From: Octopus vulgaris
Lineage: Eukaryota
Direction of reading: 5' to 3'
DNA: 64,000 bases
NCBI GenBank assembly: GCA_951406725.2
Contig: OX597822.1
Location: forward strand, 11,966,001-12,030,000
In this document: positions 1 to 13,984 of the stretch, piece by piece
How the letters are laid out: each line of letters opens with the position of its first letter
Numbering within the stretch: position 1 is the first letter of the stretch
Made by a program: the position numbers and the translations under genes
Notes under the pieces: generated by a model
Database searches by the model: none
Seen by the model: only the letters and a program-made list of their open reading frames with translations
What the model was told of the DNA's origin: nothing

Positions 1-51
<51 letters not shown>

Positions 52-129
52 CTTGCATAATTGTATATAAACCTATATATATGCACATATGTGGTTCTAG
101 AAATATATATATCTATAACAAAGAGGTAA

Positions 130-160
<31 letters not shown>

Positions 161-402
161 GGTGTACGTGCTTTAGTTAATGGTGATAGTGTTACCTCTG
201 AATACGTTGACACTAAAAGCAACAACAACCACAATGGCCACAACAGTAACTATGTAAATCTATTTAGTCATGTATTATTTATCTATATACATATAAATGC
301 GTTCACGTACATATTCATGTATGCATAGATAGATGTAAACACACACTCATGCTCACAGACACACATACACACACATACACACACACACACACATATATAT
401 CG

Positions 403-476
403 AGACAAGTATCCGTCAAATGTGAATAATGTAAATAGTGTATATAATTCCTCATCTCTTAAATATAGAACTGTAT
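403..476 (+). mobile_element. Tail fragment of the hammerhead/tRNA-headed short element family (best copy at 55363-55772)
   Basis: ccgtcaaatgt...ataattcctcatctcttaaatatagaactgta matches the terminal sequence at 53597-53648 and, in reverse complement, at 55363-55430 and 20546-20600. Confidence 0.7.
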
Positions 477-619
477 ATACCTATATGTATATATGCATAT
501 ATATATATATATATATATGACCATTCCGAAATATAACAATATATATATATCTTTATACATATATATATGTATATGTATATATGTATATATATATATATAT
601 ATATACATACATACATATA

Positions 620-658
<39 letters not shown>

Positions 659-1252
659 TTATACATATATATATATATGTATGTATATGTATATATGTAT
701 ATATATATATGTGTGTATGTGTGTAAATATATATATATACATAGAGAGGAAGAGAGAGAGAAAGGTGGAGGGTGAGAGGCAGACAAACAAATAAATCCAC
801 AGGTGCACGCAGGTAGAGGAATAAATAGATGCAATGTAATGGTTAACAAAATATTAAGGAAACAATTTGAGACACGGAAGAAATCAATGAACTTAGAAAT
901 CGAGTGATATCCGCAGCGTGTTCGATAGTTAGGCAAAGATTTCGAAACGGCAATGTCCAAGCCGCTCACTTTCACATCAAGGACTACATACGATTGAGAT
1001 ATTTCGGCGTGTATTAATGGGAAAGATAATTAATTGCATTAGTTTATTATAACGAAGCTGATGCGCTGTAAGCTCCATATAGGTAAGGCGCTTATAGGAG
1101 AACCGGCAACATGAGTTGAAACAATTAAAGATAATGAGGAGTAGAATGTCAAATATTAAGGAAAAAATGTTCTGAGGATGGATGCAATATGTGTAATGTG
1201 TGTATGAAGCACCTATCTCTCTATCTATCTATCTATCTATCTACCTATATAC

Positions 1253-1293
<41 letters not shown>

Positions 1294-1295
1294 TC

Positions 1296-1658
<363 letters not shown>

Positions 1659-1669
1659 TGCTAGGGCGT

Positions 1670-1878
1670 AGAGTTCACAAAAAAAAGCAAAAGATGAAGC
1701 CAGGTCGTGTAGTCAACAAACAGATGTATTAGTTTAACGCTCGGGAAGTGAAAAATTCTTAAACGTTACGAGCCTACGCTTTTCCACAGAAATAAACAAG
1801 GAAAGAAAATAAAGAATGTGTAGTGGCTAGCGATCTATCATGGTGAATGTCGGACAGAGAGGTCACACTGGAGAGCTA
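1670..1878 (-). mobile_element. Penelope-like pseudo-LTR fragment with decayed minimal hammerhead
   Basis: Minus strand 1758-1792 reads tttctgtggaaaagcgtaggctcgtaacgtt, a decayed copy of the gagc-gtag-gctc-GAAACGT motif at 19347-19383; same family as 38105-38200. Confidence 0.55.
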
Positions 1879-2779
1879 CCTATCTATCTATCTATCTATC
1901 TATCTATATATATATATATATATATATATAATGTAATAAAGAAGAAAAAAATCCTTCAACGTTGTGCAAAACACCCAATTCACTGGTACGTCAGTTGAAA
2001 ACCACGGAAATAAGAGTGTAAATACAAAATGGAAACAATACATCAAATAGAGAAATATAATTGACAGGTTAACAATTTATTTATACCATAATATAATAGG
2101 CCATAAATGTAATATAAATATATGATAATACAACTTCAAAAATGAATAAAAAGCATAAAAAAACCAACAATTTGTTTCAATTTATATTTATTACTTGATT
2201 AATAAACAATTTATATCCATGTATACACTTTCTTCAGGATTTTGGTTAAAAAACAGAAAAAATTCTATGTAAAAGGACTGCCAGATTGAAAAATTCAGAT
2301 TCAAAATACCTATTTTAGGAGCGTGAGCGTTAAATTATTTAAATACCATAAAAGAACAAAAATAACGAACAAAATAATTAAGAAAAGAAATTCTACAACT
2401 TTCAGAATCTTTCGATATATCTCCAATAAAATCAATTCAAATGAACTTAAGTCAAAAACAATCACTGGCCATTTTAATAATATATAATAATAACAATATA
2501 TAAATAAACGAAGTATCAGAGTCCTACTTAGTTTAAGAGACGGTGATAAATCGTGTAAATCAATATTTATTCTATAAATATGCCGATGCATGTTCGAATA
2601 AACGTATTTCTAGTATATCAACTAACTATTTATTCATATGCAATACTTTTCAAATATTTATAATTACTCAAGGGAAATATATATAAATTATATATAATGA
2701 TAATATAGTATTAAATTAATAAAATATAATTACACTTCTCATTTATTTAAAATTACTGATATAAATATTAATTCCTATC

Positions 2780-3160
2780 TTAGGTACAAGATTTTGGGGG
2801 AGGGATCCAGTCGATTATATCGACCCAGTGCGTAACTGGTACTTATTTAACCGACCTCGAAAGGATGAATAAAAATGTCTACCTCGGCGGAATTTGAACG
2901 CAAAACGCAACGGCAGACGAAATACCTATTTCTTTACTACCCCACAAGGGCCCAGACACAGAGAGGACAAACAAGGGCGGACAAACGCATTAAGTCGATT
3001 ACATCGACCTCAGTGCGTAACTGGTACTTAATTTATCGACCCCGAAATGCTGAAAGGCAAAATCGACCTCGGTGGAATTTGAACCCAGAACGTAACAGTT
3101 GATGAAATACTGCTAAGCATTTTACCCGGTGTGCTAACGATCGTGCCAGCTCGCCTCCTT
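2780..3160 (-). mobile_element. tRNA-derived SINE family B (dimeric; core gtcgactttgcctttcatcctttcggggtcgataaattaagtaccag)
   Basis: Head ggcgagctggcacgatcgttagcac...ggttcaaattcc with B box; core present twice; homologous to 43981-44397, 44630-45237 and 54950-55165. Confidence 0.8.
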
Positions 3161-4154
3161 TCTGATATAAATATTATTCACAGTAACTATCAAATAATGT
3201 TCATTATTTATGAATTTTATCGAAGGGAGAAAATAAAATCAACAGAAGCTTAAATCTACGATAATTGTAACCTATGTTGCTTCTTAAATAAAAAGATAAT
3301 AAACTCTAATTATAAATAATGCATATCGAAATTTTATTAATTTCTTTCAGAAATAACTCACTTCGAAGTAACTAACAAATAATGGTCCCTATTTACGTAA
3401 ATTGCAGGAGGGAAAATTCCGTAAATGTAAATAAACGAAAGCATAAACAAAAAATAGATCTACGATAAATATAATCTATATTATTTCTTAGATAAAAAGT
3501 TCATAAACTATAAATAATATAGATTACGTCATATGTAAAAAAAGAAATTCATGGCTGGTTGCCGGCAAAATTTTCTGCTCTTCAAAGGATTTTAGCCTTT
3601 ATATATACCGTTCAGTTTTTACGTGTTGAAAAGAATTTGTCTTGCTACATGTTCTATAAAAAATATATTTCAAAATTTTACCCTTTCAAAAGTAACGAAA
3701 TTGGAGTGTTGCAAAAAGAATACAAGCTATAATGTACACAATATTATAAAAGAATTATCAAAATAATTAAGCTTAGTTTGTATCACAATAAACACACATA
3801 TCTACATAATTGAATGTTTCGTCAGAAAAGGATCGACAGGATAATTTCCAGACTTACAAACCTATACAGAATTCGATTACTTCGAATAAATGCCTTCAAG
3901 ACATGCCCCCGTGTGATCGCAGTACAATGACTGAAACCAGAGGAAGAAACAAACACATATATGTCTCTGTACAAATAACGCGCGCGCACACACACACGTA
4001 TATGTTAACGTTTCTTTTTATGTTCAGTAATAATAAAAACAAATTTTACATTAATATGATCGATTATCCTATACTTTTGCTACAGTATTAATTTTAATCT
4101 CAAACGTGTATGTTGTTGACAGGGACCTCGAAGTTTCTGCCTCTGTTGACAACA

Positions 4155-4567
4155 CTCTTTCTCTTTTCTCTTTTATTTGTTTCAGTCAATTGACTGTGGC
4201 CATGCTAGGGCACCATCTTTAGTCGACCAAATCGACCCCAGGACTTATTTTTTGTAACCCTAGTACTTATTCTATCGGTCGCTTTTGCCGAACCGCTAAG
4301 TTACGGGAACGTATACACACCACCATCGGTTGTCAAGCGATGTTGGGGGAACAAACACAAACACATAAATACACACAAACATGCACATACATATACATAT
4401 ATACGACGGGATTCTTTCAGTTTCCGTCTACCAAATCCACTCACAAGGCTTTGGTCGGCCCGAGGCTATAGTAGAAGACACTTGCCCAAGGTGCCACGCA
4501 GTGGGAATGAACTCGGAACCATGTGGTTGGTAAGCCAGCTACTTACCGAACAGCCGCTCCTGCGCCT
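4155..4567 (-). mobile_element. tRNA-derived SINE family A (CORE-like centre, internal TA/CA microsatellite)
   Basis: Head ggcgcaggagcggctgttcggtaag...gagttcattcccactgcgtggcaccttgggcaagtgtcttctactatagcctcggg; tail ...agcatggccacagtcaattgactgaaac; several near-identical copies in the window. Confidence 0.85.
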
Positions 4568-5730
4568 AAATCTCTTGTTTAAGAATTTCATATAATTTTT
4601 TATAATTTTGAAAAAATTTAAGAATTTCCAAATTGAGGGTTGGAACGGGTAAATTTCAGCTTACATATGTTTCTTAGTTAGCTGATTCTCTGTTGTAGTC
4701 CGTAGCAGAAACAATAACAATTCATTGGCATCGCAAGTTACATAGTTTTCTCATAGCGAATATGTAAGGAAATTCAATAAGTTGTTAGTTTCTATATCGC
4801 TTAGACTTACCAATTAAAGCTGCTGAAAATGCGAATAAAATTCCAAATTGTGGGAGTGGAGCAGATAAAATGCACCCTATAAATGTTTCTTAGCTAGCTG
4901 AAGCTCGTGATGCAATTCTTATGCAATGACATTTGTCCAACGTAACTAATCCTCAGGCTGAAATTTACCTTAATGACATAAAATTTCCAGCTGAACTCAC
5001 CATTGTGGCGTGACAGACTTAGATATTTCGGGCGACAATACAGTATTCATTTCATTAATGCAATCTTAGCCTGATGTTTAGATACGTTGTGCAAAGCTCA
5101 TTGCATAACAAATGCATCACGAGATTAAGCAAGATAAGAAATATATCTAGCGTGCATTTTACGCGTTCCATCCCCTCAGTTTATATATATATGTATGTAT
5201 GTGTGTGTGCGTGTGCGCGCCCGTGTGTGTTAAATAGAATAAGATAACAAGGCCAAGGCAATGTGATATTCCTAGGGCAATTCTACTTATAAATGTCCTA
5301 GGTATGTAACATTGTCTTGGCCTTGTTATCTTATTTTATTTAACATATCCACGCTCATAAACGGCCCACCTTATATTTATCATTACTTTTCATTAAAAAA
5401 AACTTTATTTTTTTGTTTTGATATCCAATGTGTATTTTCGCTGTCTTTCTTCTTACTTTCCCCATTTCCCCATATATATATATATCAGACAAATCAAATC
5501 TACGTTGGCAAAAGTATTTGAAGAGTCTGAAACCGGTACTGCATTATCCGTTTCTAGGTTTTTCATTTTTCAGATGTTCTTCCTAGAAGTAAGACAAATT
5601 TTTTTCATGTTTGTTGCACACACACGTCTTTACTAGTACATACGCAGTGAAGCTATACAACAGCGTCGTATTTATTACGATCGCTATTTTCCAGTAAATA
5701 TCGGTACTTCGTTGTACCATTTATTTACTT

Positions 5731-5783
<53 letters not shown>

Positions 5784-5803
5784 TATACATACATAAAAAT
5801 ATA

Positions 5804-5844
<41 letters not shown>

Positions 5845-6972
5845 CACATATACATATGCATACATATATACAAACATATATATATAAATATATTCATATA
5901 TATATATATATATTCATTTATATATATGTATATATGTATATATACACACATAAATGTGTGTGTGTGTGCGAATTTCAAGAACGCTCGTACGTGTATGGCA
6001 TCACAAATGAGGCTACAAACGCCATATGATATTTGCTTACGTCATCATACAGCAATCTGAAACTGCTTGATGTCGATCGTATGCGTACAATGTTTTCTAT
6101 ATGTTATATAAGCTACCTGTTTAAGTATCTTCATACTTATCATTATATTTAGATATCTACAAATCTACCAATCAACAAATTGATCGATTTATGTATTTAA
6201 GCAAGAAATTATTTCCATTCATCGATCTATATAGCTGTCGCTATGTTTGATCTCAGAAAAATATACCTATATATACATGCATGCATACATAGATACATAG
6301 GTACATATATACATCCATACACACAGACACATATACATATACATGTATGTATATGTATGTATGCATTTAAATCCAAGGTACACATTAATTGATACGTACA
6401 TGCATATATACAAACATACTTAAATACAAATATATACATATACATATATATATATATATATGGATATATATATATATATATATATTGTATGCGTATATAC
6501 ATGCATACGCACAGACACATACACACGCACTCACATGCATATATACACAGATGCGTATACATAAATATATGTAAAGAAATAGATACATATACCCATATTA
6601 ATATATGTACATATATACATACGTGTACGTGTATGCCTATGCGTGCATGCGCACGCGTGTGTATGTGTGTGTGTGTGCATGCGTGTGATGCTTGAGTGCG
6701 TTGTTTTGCATATATGTGTTAATGTCTGAGTTTATGTGTGCGATATTGTGTAGGTAAGTATTCCATAACATTGGCTGCATACATGACCAGTACATAAAAT
6801 GGCGAAATATACGCGTTATGTCATTGGAATTTGTGTTTATAGAATAAATAGCCGTATCAGTCAACCTACATCCCACAGTTATCGCGTTACTCGCTATACT
6901 TCCTTCATAACACAGAATTAAACACTGACCATACTCACATATGTATATACACACACATACATACACACATAC

Positions 6973-7003
<31 letters not shown>

Positions 7004-7504
7004 CATATAGATATATACATATACATATATATACATGCATATATATATCAATATATATATATATATATATATAAATTTATATATATAATGTGTGCGTGTG
7101 TATCGACGCATACAGATGTACACAGCCGTGTATGTATACAAGGAACATTGTCAGAGGTGTGTGATACGTCATACCTGAAATATATCGAAGGACGCATCTG
7201 GTGAGATGAAACACTATCGATAATGCTTCTTTATGAATCACAGATTTTATGCATTTCTTCAGATCATATGGGAACTGGCTGCTGTTAACCATTCTTTGAA
7301 GATCATCCAAAGTAATTTAGATATGCACTGTCTCCCTCTCTCTCTCTATGTCTCCCTCTCTCTCTCTATGTCTCCCTCTCTCTCTCTATGTATCCCTCTC
7401 TATGTCTCTCTTTTTCTCTTACCTCCATACGTCTCTTCCTCCCCATTTACAGCCATCCATTTATTCCTCTCGTTCTTTCACTATCTCTCAGTTTTCATTA
7501 TCCA

Positions 7505-7573
<69 letters not shown>

Positions 7574-7657
7574 ATCTATCTATCAATCTGTCTACCTGTC
7601 TATCTATCCCTCCTCTCTCTCTCTGTTTCACCCTCTCCTTCTCTCTCTGTCCCTCTC

Positions 7658-7688
<31 letters not shown>

Positions 7689-8704
7689 TACATATACACA
7701 CACACACACACATACATAACTTTCTGTCAATCCACCTCGTATGACTAACTTTTCCCCACTTTCTCACCCCATCTCCCTCTTTCTTCTTACTCACGCTCTC
7801 TCTCTCCCGCCCACTCTCTTCATTTACTCTGGATGCAGCAGCAGTTAAAATTTCAAAGGATTCCAACTATTTAATACTTTCCACAGATTCTAAGTGTTGT
7901 GCATAGCGTGAATATGGAAATATTTTAAAGGATTGCTACACAGATTCATTCCTAAGATCCCGGAAGGACCACCGAGCTACGCGATATCATATGTCATCTA
8001 ACAAATGGCCGAAATATAAGATGTAGCAAAGATGGAAATATTCGCAAGGCACACGCATAAAGCGGATGATTGAAACACATACGAGATTAAACAACCACAT
8101 ATATAGAGCGGTGCAGATTATGGATACTAAGTGCTAATCCAAATGGAAAGTGTTTGGAATGGAGCCTACGTAAAGAATTCTGGTTGAACAAGGGGATAAA
8201 ATAAAAAGGTTATATAGAGAAGGAAAGCAACGAGTTGAAAGTTTTGACTAATTATACGAAAACATGTGAACATGCACGCCATATTTAAAATTCGTGGTGT
8301 CGGCTGAAGGGAAGTGGGCGTTTGTGATTACAAAAATGCATACAGTGCATATGTGAAGACATACATGCACAACATAAACACGCACACATGCACGCACACA
8401 CACGCACACTCACTCATACACACACGCACACACGCACATATGTATGTACGTATCATATAACAACCGAATCGTATATAGAGTTCACATAGAGGCGCAAAGG
8501 TGCTGTGTGGGAAAAACTTACTTCCCAATAACTTTGTCCAGGGTTCAGTCGCAACTGCGAGGAAACTTGGGCAAGTGACTTCTAGTTTACCCCCGGGTTT
8601 ACCAACTCCTTGTGAGTCGATTTGATATACATACATATATATATATGTATGTATGTATATAATATATATATACGTATGTATATATATATATGAATATATA
8701 TATG

Positions 8705-9542
8705 TACAAGTAATAAGAGAGGGACCACATGAGGTCACTCTAACGCTAGAAATAGATCCGCAAAGGGAAGCCACCACTAAAGAATTGTTCTCAAGCATTA
8801 ATTCAACATTAATTGAATTAATGCTTGAGAACAATTCTTTAGTGGTGGATTCCTTTTGCGGATTTATTTCTAGCGTTAGAGTGACCACACGTGGTCCCTC
8901 TCTTATTACCTGTATTAATAATTTTTACTGTATCACAGTTTTTTTACGCTAGGCCACTTGGTGTTTTAAATTGATGTTATTATTAATTAATATTCAAATT
9001 TTATCACCCTTATTGTGATTTTAATTATGAATTAATATGTTCTCAAACCGGCAGTAAATTACTGGGGTAGTATTTACATCCGGTATTTCCAACAGGCCAA
9101 GAATGAGGATATTTGAACGTAACTGTAAGTATAATCGGCTGTGCCGTTCGCATTTGCTCGGCTTCGTATGGATTTTGGCGTTCGGTTCAGCAAATTATAT
9201 TTTTGATATACTCTACCGATTATTCGAAAATGATTTGTAAGTAAAATTACACAATCTATTAACGATGAAACAATTGTATAGAGTTAATCCATTTTTTCGT
9301 TATTTTTCATTTGTCCTGCCCGCTTACATTCTTGGCGCGTTGAATTAATGCTAGAGAACAATTCTTTAGTGGTGGATTCCCTTTGCGGATCAATTTCTAG
9401 CGTTAGAGTGACCACATGTGGTCCCTCTCTTATTACTTGTATTAATAATTTTTACTGTATCAGTTTTTATTTTACGCTAGGCCACTTGGTGTTTTAAATT
9501 GATATTATTAATTAATATTCAGTTTTTTTCACCCTTATTGTG

Positions 9543-9546
<4 letters not shown>
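8705..9546. mobile_element. Non-coding element with a 102-bp-arm hairpin plus about 205-bp direct repeats (Penelope-like architecture)
   Basis: 8705-8806 is the inverted copy of 8813-8914 (6-nt spacer); 8813-9020 is repeated directly at 9340-9546; TA runs on both sides. Confidence 0.7.
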
Positions 9547-9601
<55 letters not shown>

Positions 9602-9635
9602 ATACGTATAAGTATACACACACATATATTGTAGT

Positions 9636-9835
9636 GGAGGCGCGTGGCTTAGTGGTTAGAGTGTTGGACTCAAGATCGTAGTGTTGTGCTTTCGATTCCT
9701 AGATTCACGTTGCTCCAGTCCACTCCCCTGGCAAAAGGAGTCATCATGTGAAGGACTGGCATCCCATCCAAGTGTGAAATATATACACCACTGAATAAGG
9801 GAAACCGGCTCTTATGAATCTGACATGGAGCGAGA
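9636..9835 (+). mobile_element. tRNA-derived SINE family C
   Basis: A box tggcttagtgg, B-box-like tttcgattcc; a homologous copy lies on the minus strand at 34870-35105. Confidence 0.7.
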
Positions 9836-9862
9836 GGAAACGCTTGCCATTTCTATATACAT

Positions 9863-9896
<34 letters not shown>

Positions 9897-10049
9897 GTCC
9901 CGGGTTGATTCGGGGTTAACCACAGTAATAAGGTACTCAATACATAGCAGAGTAAAATTAATTTATTATATAGAAGGATACAGGACTATACTGTTTCATT
10001 CAAGAGAAATCAGGAAGCACTGAAGTGCTTCTGAAGTGCTTCCTGAAGT

Positions 10050-10098
10050 GCTTCCTGAAGATTTCTCTTGAATGAAACAGTACTAGTCCTGTAGAAGC
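10050..10098 (+). ncRNA. Type I hammerhead ribozyme motif in an inverted-repeat element (9955-10120)
   Basis: Stem I gcttc/gaagc, CTGAAGA 10055-61, weak stem II tttc-tctt-gaat, GAAA 10074-77, near-palindromic stem III acagtactagtcctgt, GUA triplet 10091-93. Confidence 0.7.
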
Positions 10099-10111
10099 TC
10101 CTCTATATAAT

Positions 10112-10163
<52 letters not shown>

Positions 10164-10164
10164 G

Positions 10165-10248
<84 letters not shown>

Positions 10249-10739
10249 AATATATATATATGTATACATATATTTATAAATTTGGGATATAATCATCTCA
10301 GTGTCTAGCGAATAAAAATTGACCATATCTGTAAAATGAATAGGCGCCAGCATTCCTCCTTAATTATAATCATATTTTTATAATTATATACTTAAATATA
10401 TTTTGCCAATGTTTATTTTCATGTTCAGTTACAAAATGAATTTTACATTCATCTGATGGGTTACTATAGTATACTATCGTGTTGTACAAATTTGTTATTC
10501 TGAAACAAGAGTATTATTGAAAGGGACTTCGAAGTTTCGGCCTGCTAATCCATTGTCGGACTGCGCTGCAGAAACTGTTCCTATGGCAACGGTTTTAGAG
10601 TATGCAAAGTGAAGTTGTTTGGGACGGTAGATCTTAAATTCTGCGACGCATGCCCATTGCGTAATATCCTTCTCGCCCATTTCCATTGTTTGTAGCAGTT
10701 CTTGCAAGTAAAATACATAGAGTGTGGTCGGGTCAAGAA

Positions 10740-11074
10740 GAAGATCGGATTGTCTGCAGAAAGGAGAAAACTCTTTGAAAACGATTATAACAGCAGATGT
10801 ATTGTTGGTCTATACCTACGACTCCAAAGCCAGCGTTCGGTCTTTGCAATGAAAAACCTCAACTTGATTTCAAGACGCCGAGGAATTCGAGGAGAAATCG
10901 ACGAATGAGCTGCGCCCTAGCCTCAAAGCAGGAGTTCTTGGAATGTTTCCATCAACAGAAACGAGGCCTTCAGAAGGGGATTGCTTTAAAGGAGGTTAAA
11001 TGCGGAATTGTTGCCTGTTCTGTTAGTTTTCTTTTTAAGGCACCATTCCCGATACTTTTTAGTGAGACCTCGTA
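10740..11074 (+). mobile_element. Internally deleted mariner transposase remnant with right TIR
   Basis: Decayed KTIITAD..VYTYDSKASVRSLQ resembles mariner ITGDETWVYGYDPETK; C-terminal KQEFLECFHQQKRGLQKGIAL; terminus gatactttttagtgagacctcgta. Confidence 0.65.
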
Positions 11075-11374
11075 TAAGCAGATTTTCTCCCTTGAGTGAC
11101 TTTCAAGACTGAAAGTGTTTCCAGCTCATTTCATCGTTCATAAACATGTCAGAGTTATCGCTACTTTGTGTGCCTACAATTACTAAACAAACATACAAAC
11201 CCGCGCACACACCTACACATATATATGTTTATATTATGCGTCAATTTATATAAATACGCACATACACAAACACACACACAGAAAAAAGAGATAAGTAGAT
11301 AGATAAAAACATACATACACAAACACACACATACATACACACATACATACATACATAATACATACATAAATAGG

Positions 11375-11570
11375 GCACTCTATAATGAAACCCCACGGAA
11401 AGATAACACCGAGGACGAATAAATACGAACCCACATTATGGTAGAAGCCGTAGCCACTCATAATGAAAAGGAATACTGGTGGAATGTCCCAGTGTAACCT
11501 GATCTAATGATTTGGGATAGAGAAGAGAAACTGTGCATAGTTGTCGAAATTAGCTGCCCAACGGACGTTA
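11375..11570 (+). mobile_element. RLE-type (R2/R4/NeSL group) non-LTR retrotransposon endonuclease fragment
   Basis: Translates as HNEKEYWWNVPV...PDLMIWDREEKLCIVVEISCPTDV, a PD..E restriction-like endonuclease motif. Confidence 0.65.
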
Positions 11571-12226
11571 TGTACAGATCAAGAAAATTTTTACTTAAAA
11601 TATTGCAGCTGAGGATAAAATTAGAATATTCAAGATAATTTGATTTTAATTTACAAAGTAACATTATAATTAAAAAAAGTACCATCATTTTGTTAAAATA
11701 GTAGAATAGTACATATGGTAGGCAAATTCCTTATATAAAAACAGGCATTAGGTCAAGACAAAAATGTGAAGACTTGGCAATACCTTAGGCAAATGTTGCT
11801 GTGAATTTGTTGTTATAGTTAGATTTACTCTAATATATGACTAATTTTCGTCTTAGTCTATTTATTGTACTAGATAATTATGTACTGCTATTAATTTTTA
11901 TAACCTATTTACAAATTCCTAATTATTGATTAATAATGAAAAAAATGAATTTTTTTAAGTGCAAAAAATATTTTAATTGAGTTTATTTTTATTCCCCATA
12001 GCTGTAACAAGTAATAACAAATAACTTGTAATAGAATTTTTAGTTTTAATAAAATCTAATATATTCAAGATATAAATAATATATTTGTAATTTTATCCTT
12101 AAGTGCAATATTTTAAATAAAAATGTTCATCTGCTGTAATTTACCAGATGCAATAAATTGTCCTGTACTTTTCCAGGTTTATAATCTTAAGATTACTATT
12201 TCTCTTGATCACATTTTACCATATAA

Positions 12227-12290
<64 letters not shown>

Positions 12291-12291
<1 letters not shown>

Positions 12292-13636
12292 GGAAAGGAT
12301 GCGTCCCGATGGTCAGGCGATCCATTTGCTGTCAACACCCGTTAAAAGGAGGGCTGGGCATGCCGTGGTTGATGATGCGCAGACACGCGCTGAGACTGCG
12401 ACATCTCTGGCTCTATGTAGACGACGGTGAACAGGTGTGGTCGCCGTTTGTGAGGCACGCTTTCCCGCAGCTCGTCTCCATGACCGAACTGCAGTCGTGG
12501 ATCAAAAAGAGGCCGAGGAAGGGCGAATGGCACCGCGAGTGTCGCGTTGCTCTCAAGCAACTCTGCCGTCCTGGGTCGACCTTAAGTGACTTCAACACAA
12601 CCAAAGCATTCTATAGGGGTTTAGTGGAGGGGAGGTACGACGACGAGCTCGGGGCGAACCTGGACGTCGGCGAGGAGTACCTGACCCGCCTGTTCAGGAC
12701 GACTTTCGGGCCAGGGCCCATGGACAACTTCCAGAGATCCCTGGCCTGGCAGTGCTACCGAGAAGCGCTACCCGTTCGGGATAAGCTCTACAGACACGGC
12801 TCGAGAAACACGGGGCCGACCTGCCCGAGATGCGGTCAGAGCGACGAAACCGTTCTGCACGCACTCGTTCAGTGTCCAACAATTTCCGACCTGTGGGCTT
12901 ATGTCGAACAACTGCTGTCACGTGTGGGACGAGTCGGTTTATCAGCTGAGTCTATCGTCAATATTGTCACGCCTCCTTCCTTCAAACGGGAAGGAAGAGC
13001 TATTTTCATCATCCTTGTGGCTATGGCGAAAGAATGTATCTGGTGGACGCGTCTGAAAGGATTGGAGACAAACACTTTCCTCTCTGGTCAATCTCTCATC
13101 AACTTCTTCAAGTACCACTTGAAAAGGAAAGTGAGAGTAGAGAGGCAAGTTTTGTCTAGCGAATGTTTTAAAAAAGATGGGTGAATGTAGCAAGAATGGC
13201 ACGTATGAATGACGAAGCCACCTTGAGCATAGTCCTATGAACCCAGAAATCGAAAACAGAGAGTTGCTTATTTGCAAAAAAAAAAAAAAAAAAAAAGAAA
13301 TATAAAATGTGACTTCATTGACCGAGGTTACCGTGGTCTTTTCCGTAGGCTTTTCTTTCCACGGGTAAACCTCACCTGTCCTCCCCTTTACACTTCATAT
13401 TGACATTTCTGTGATAACGATCCCTATTGATCAATTTTTTTTTTTTTTTTTTTTCCTCTCCCCTTTTTTTAACCCCCTTTTTTTTTGTCCTCCTTCTCTC
13501 CTTTTACGATCCCTTTTGATCGAAACTCCCCCTTACTTTTTTTTTTTTTTTTTTTTTTTTTAAACATTCAAAAGAAAAGCTCTACCTTGTAATTTGTTCT
13601 ATCTGTGTGCAGCCCTGTGTGGCTAATAAAGAAACA

Positions 13637-13637
<1 letters not shown>
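12291..13637 (+). mobile_element. 5'-truncated L1/Tx1-clade LINE (ORF2 C-terminus and 3' UTR) inside (TATC)n
   Basis: GGLGMP motif, CCHC finger CPRCGQSDETVLHALVQC, T-rich 3' UTR ending aataaagaaaca directly into (TATC)n; (TATC)n also on the 5' side. Confidence 0.9.
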
Positions 13638-13673
<36 letters not shown>

Positions 13674-13710
13674 CTATATATGTGTATATATATATATGTG
13701 TATATATATA

Positions 13711-13770
<60 letters not shown>

Positions 13771-13984
13771 AAATGTGTGTATATATATATATGTATGTAT
13801 GTATGTATATATACTTGGTGTCCAAACGCGGTGCTCTGCATCGCTTTACAGCATGTCAGAAGATTTGAAAGAAATATATTGAAGTCTACAAGCATTCTAG
13901 ATATTTATATAATTACTAATGTCACGCAACACAGTCTATGATATGGAAGTTACAAATGAAATTAATTATATCCTCATTAAAACA

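Noticed and set aside
840-1130. Possible very old RTE-like LINE remnants (also 7880-8320)
   Set aside because: No motif was recoverable with confidence.
3180-3520. Diverged tandem duplication of about 185 bp; similar internal repeats at 4625-5180 and a small inverted repeat at 37525-37637
   Set aside because: Probably old repeat internals with no diagnostic features.
5515-5548. Further hammerhead-like fragments (also 2165-2240, 35644, 46885-46925 and 59494)
   Set aside because: Only partial cores are present and the stems are missing or unpaired, so they were not called.
8328-8952. ORF with an apparent internal repeat (VTLTLEI.PQ.E.TTKELFSSINS)
   Set aside because: An artefact of the DNA hairpin, which gives similar peptides on both strands.
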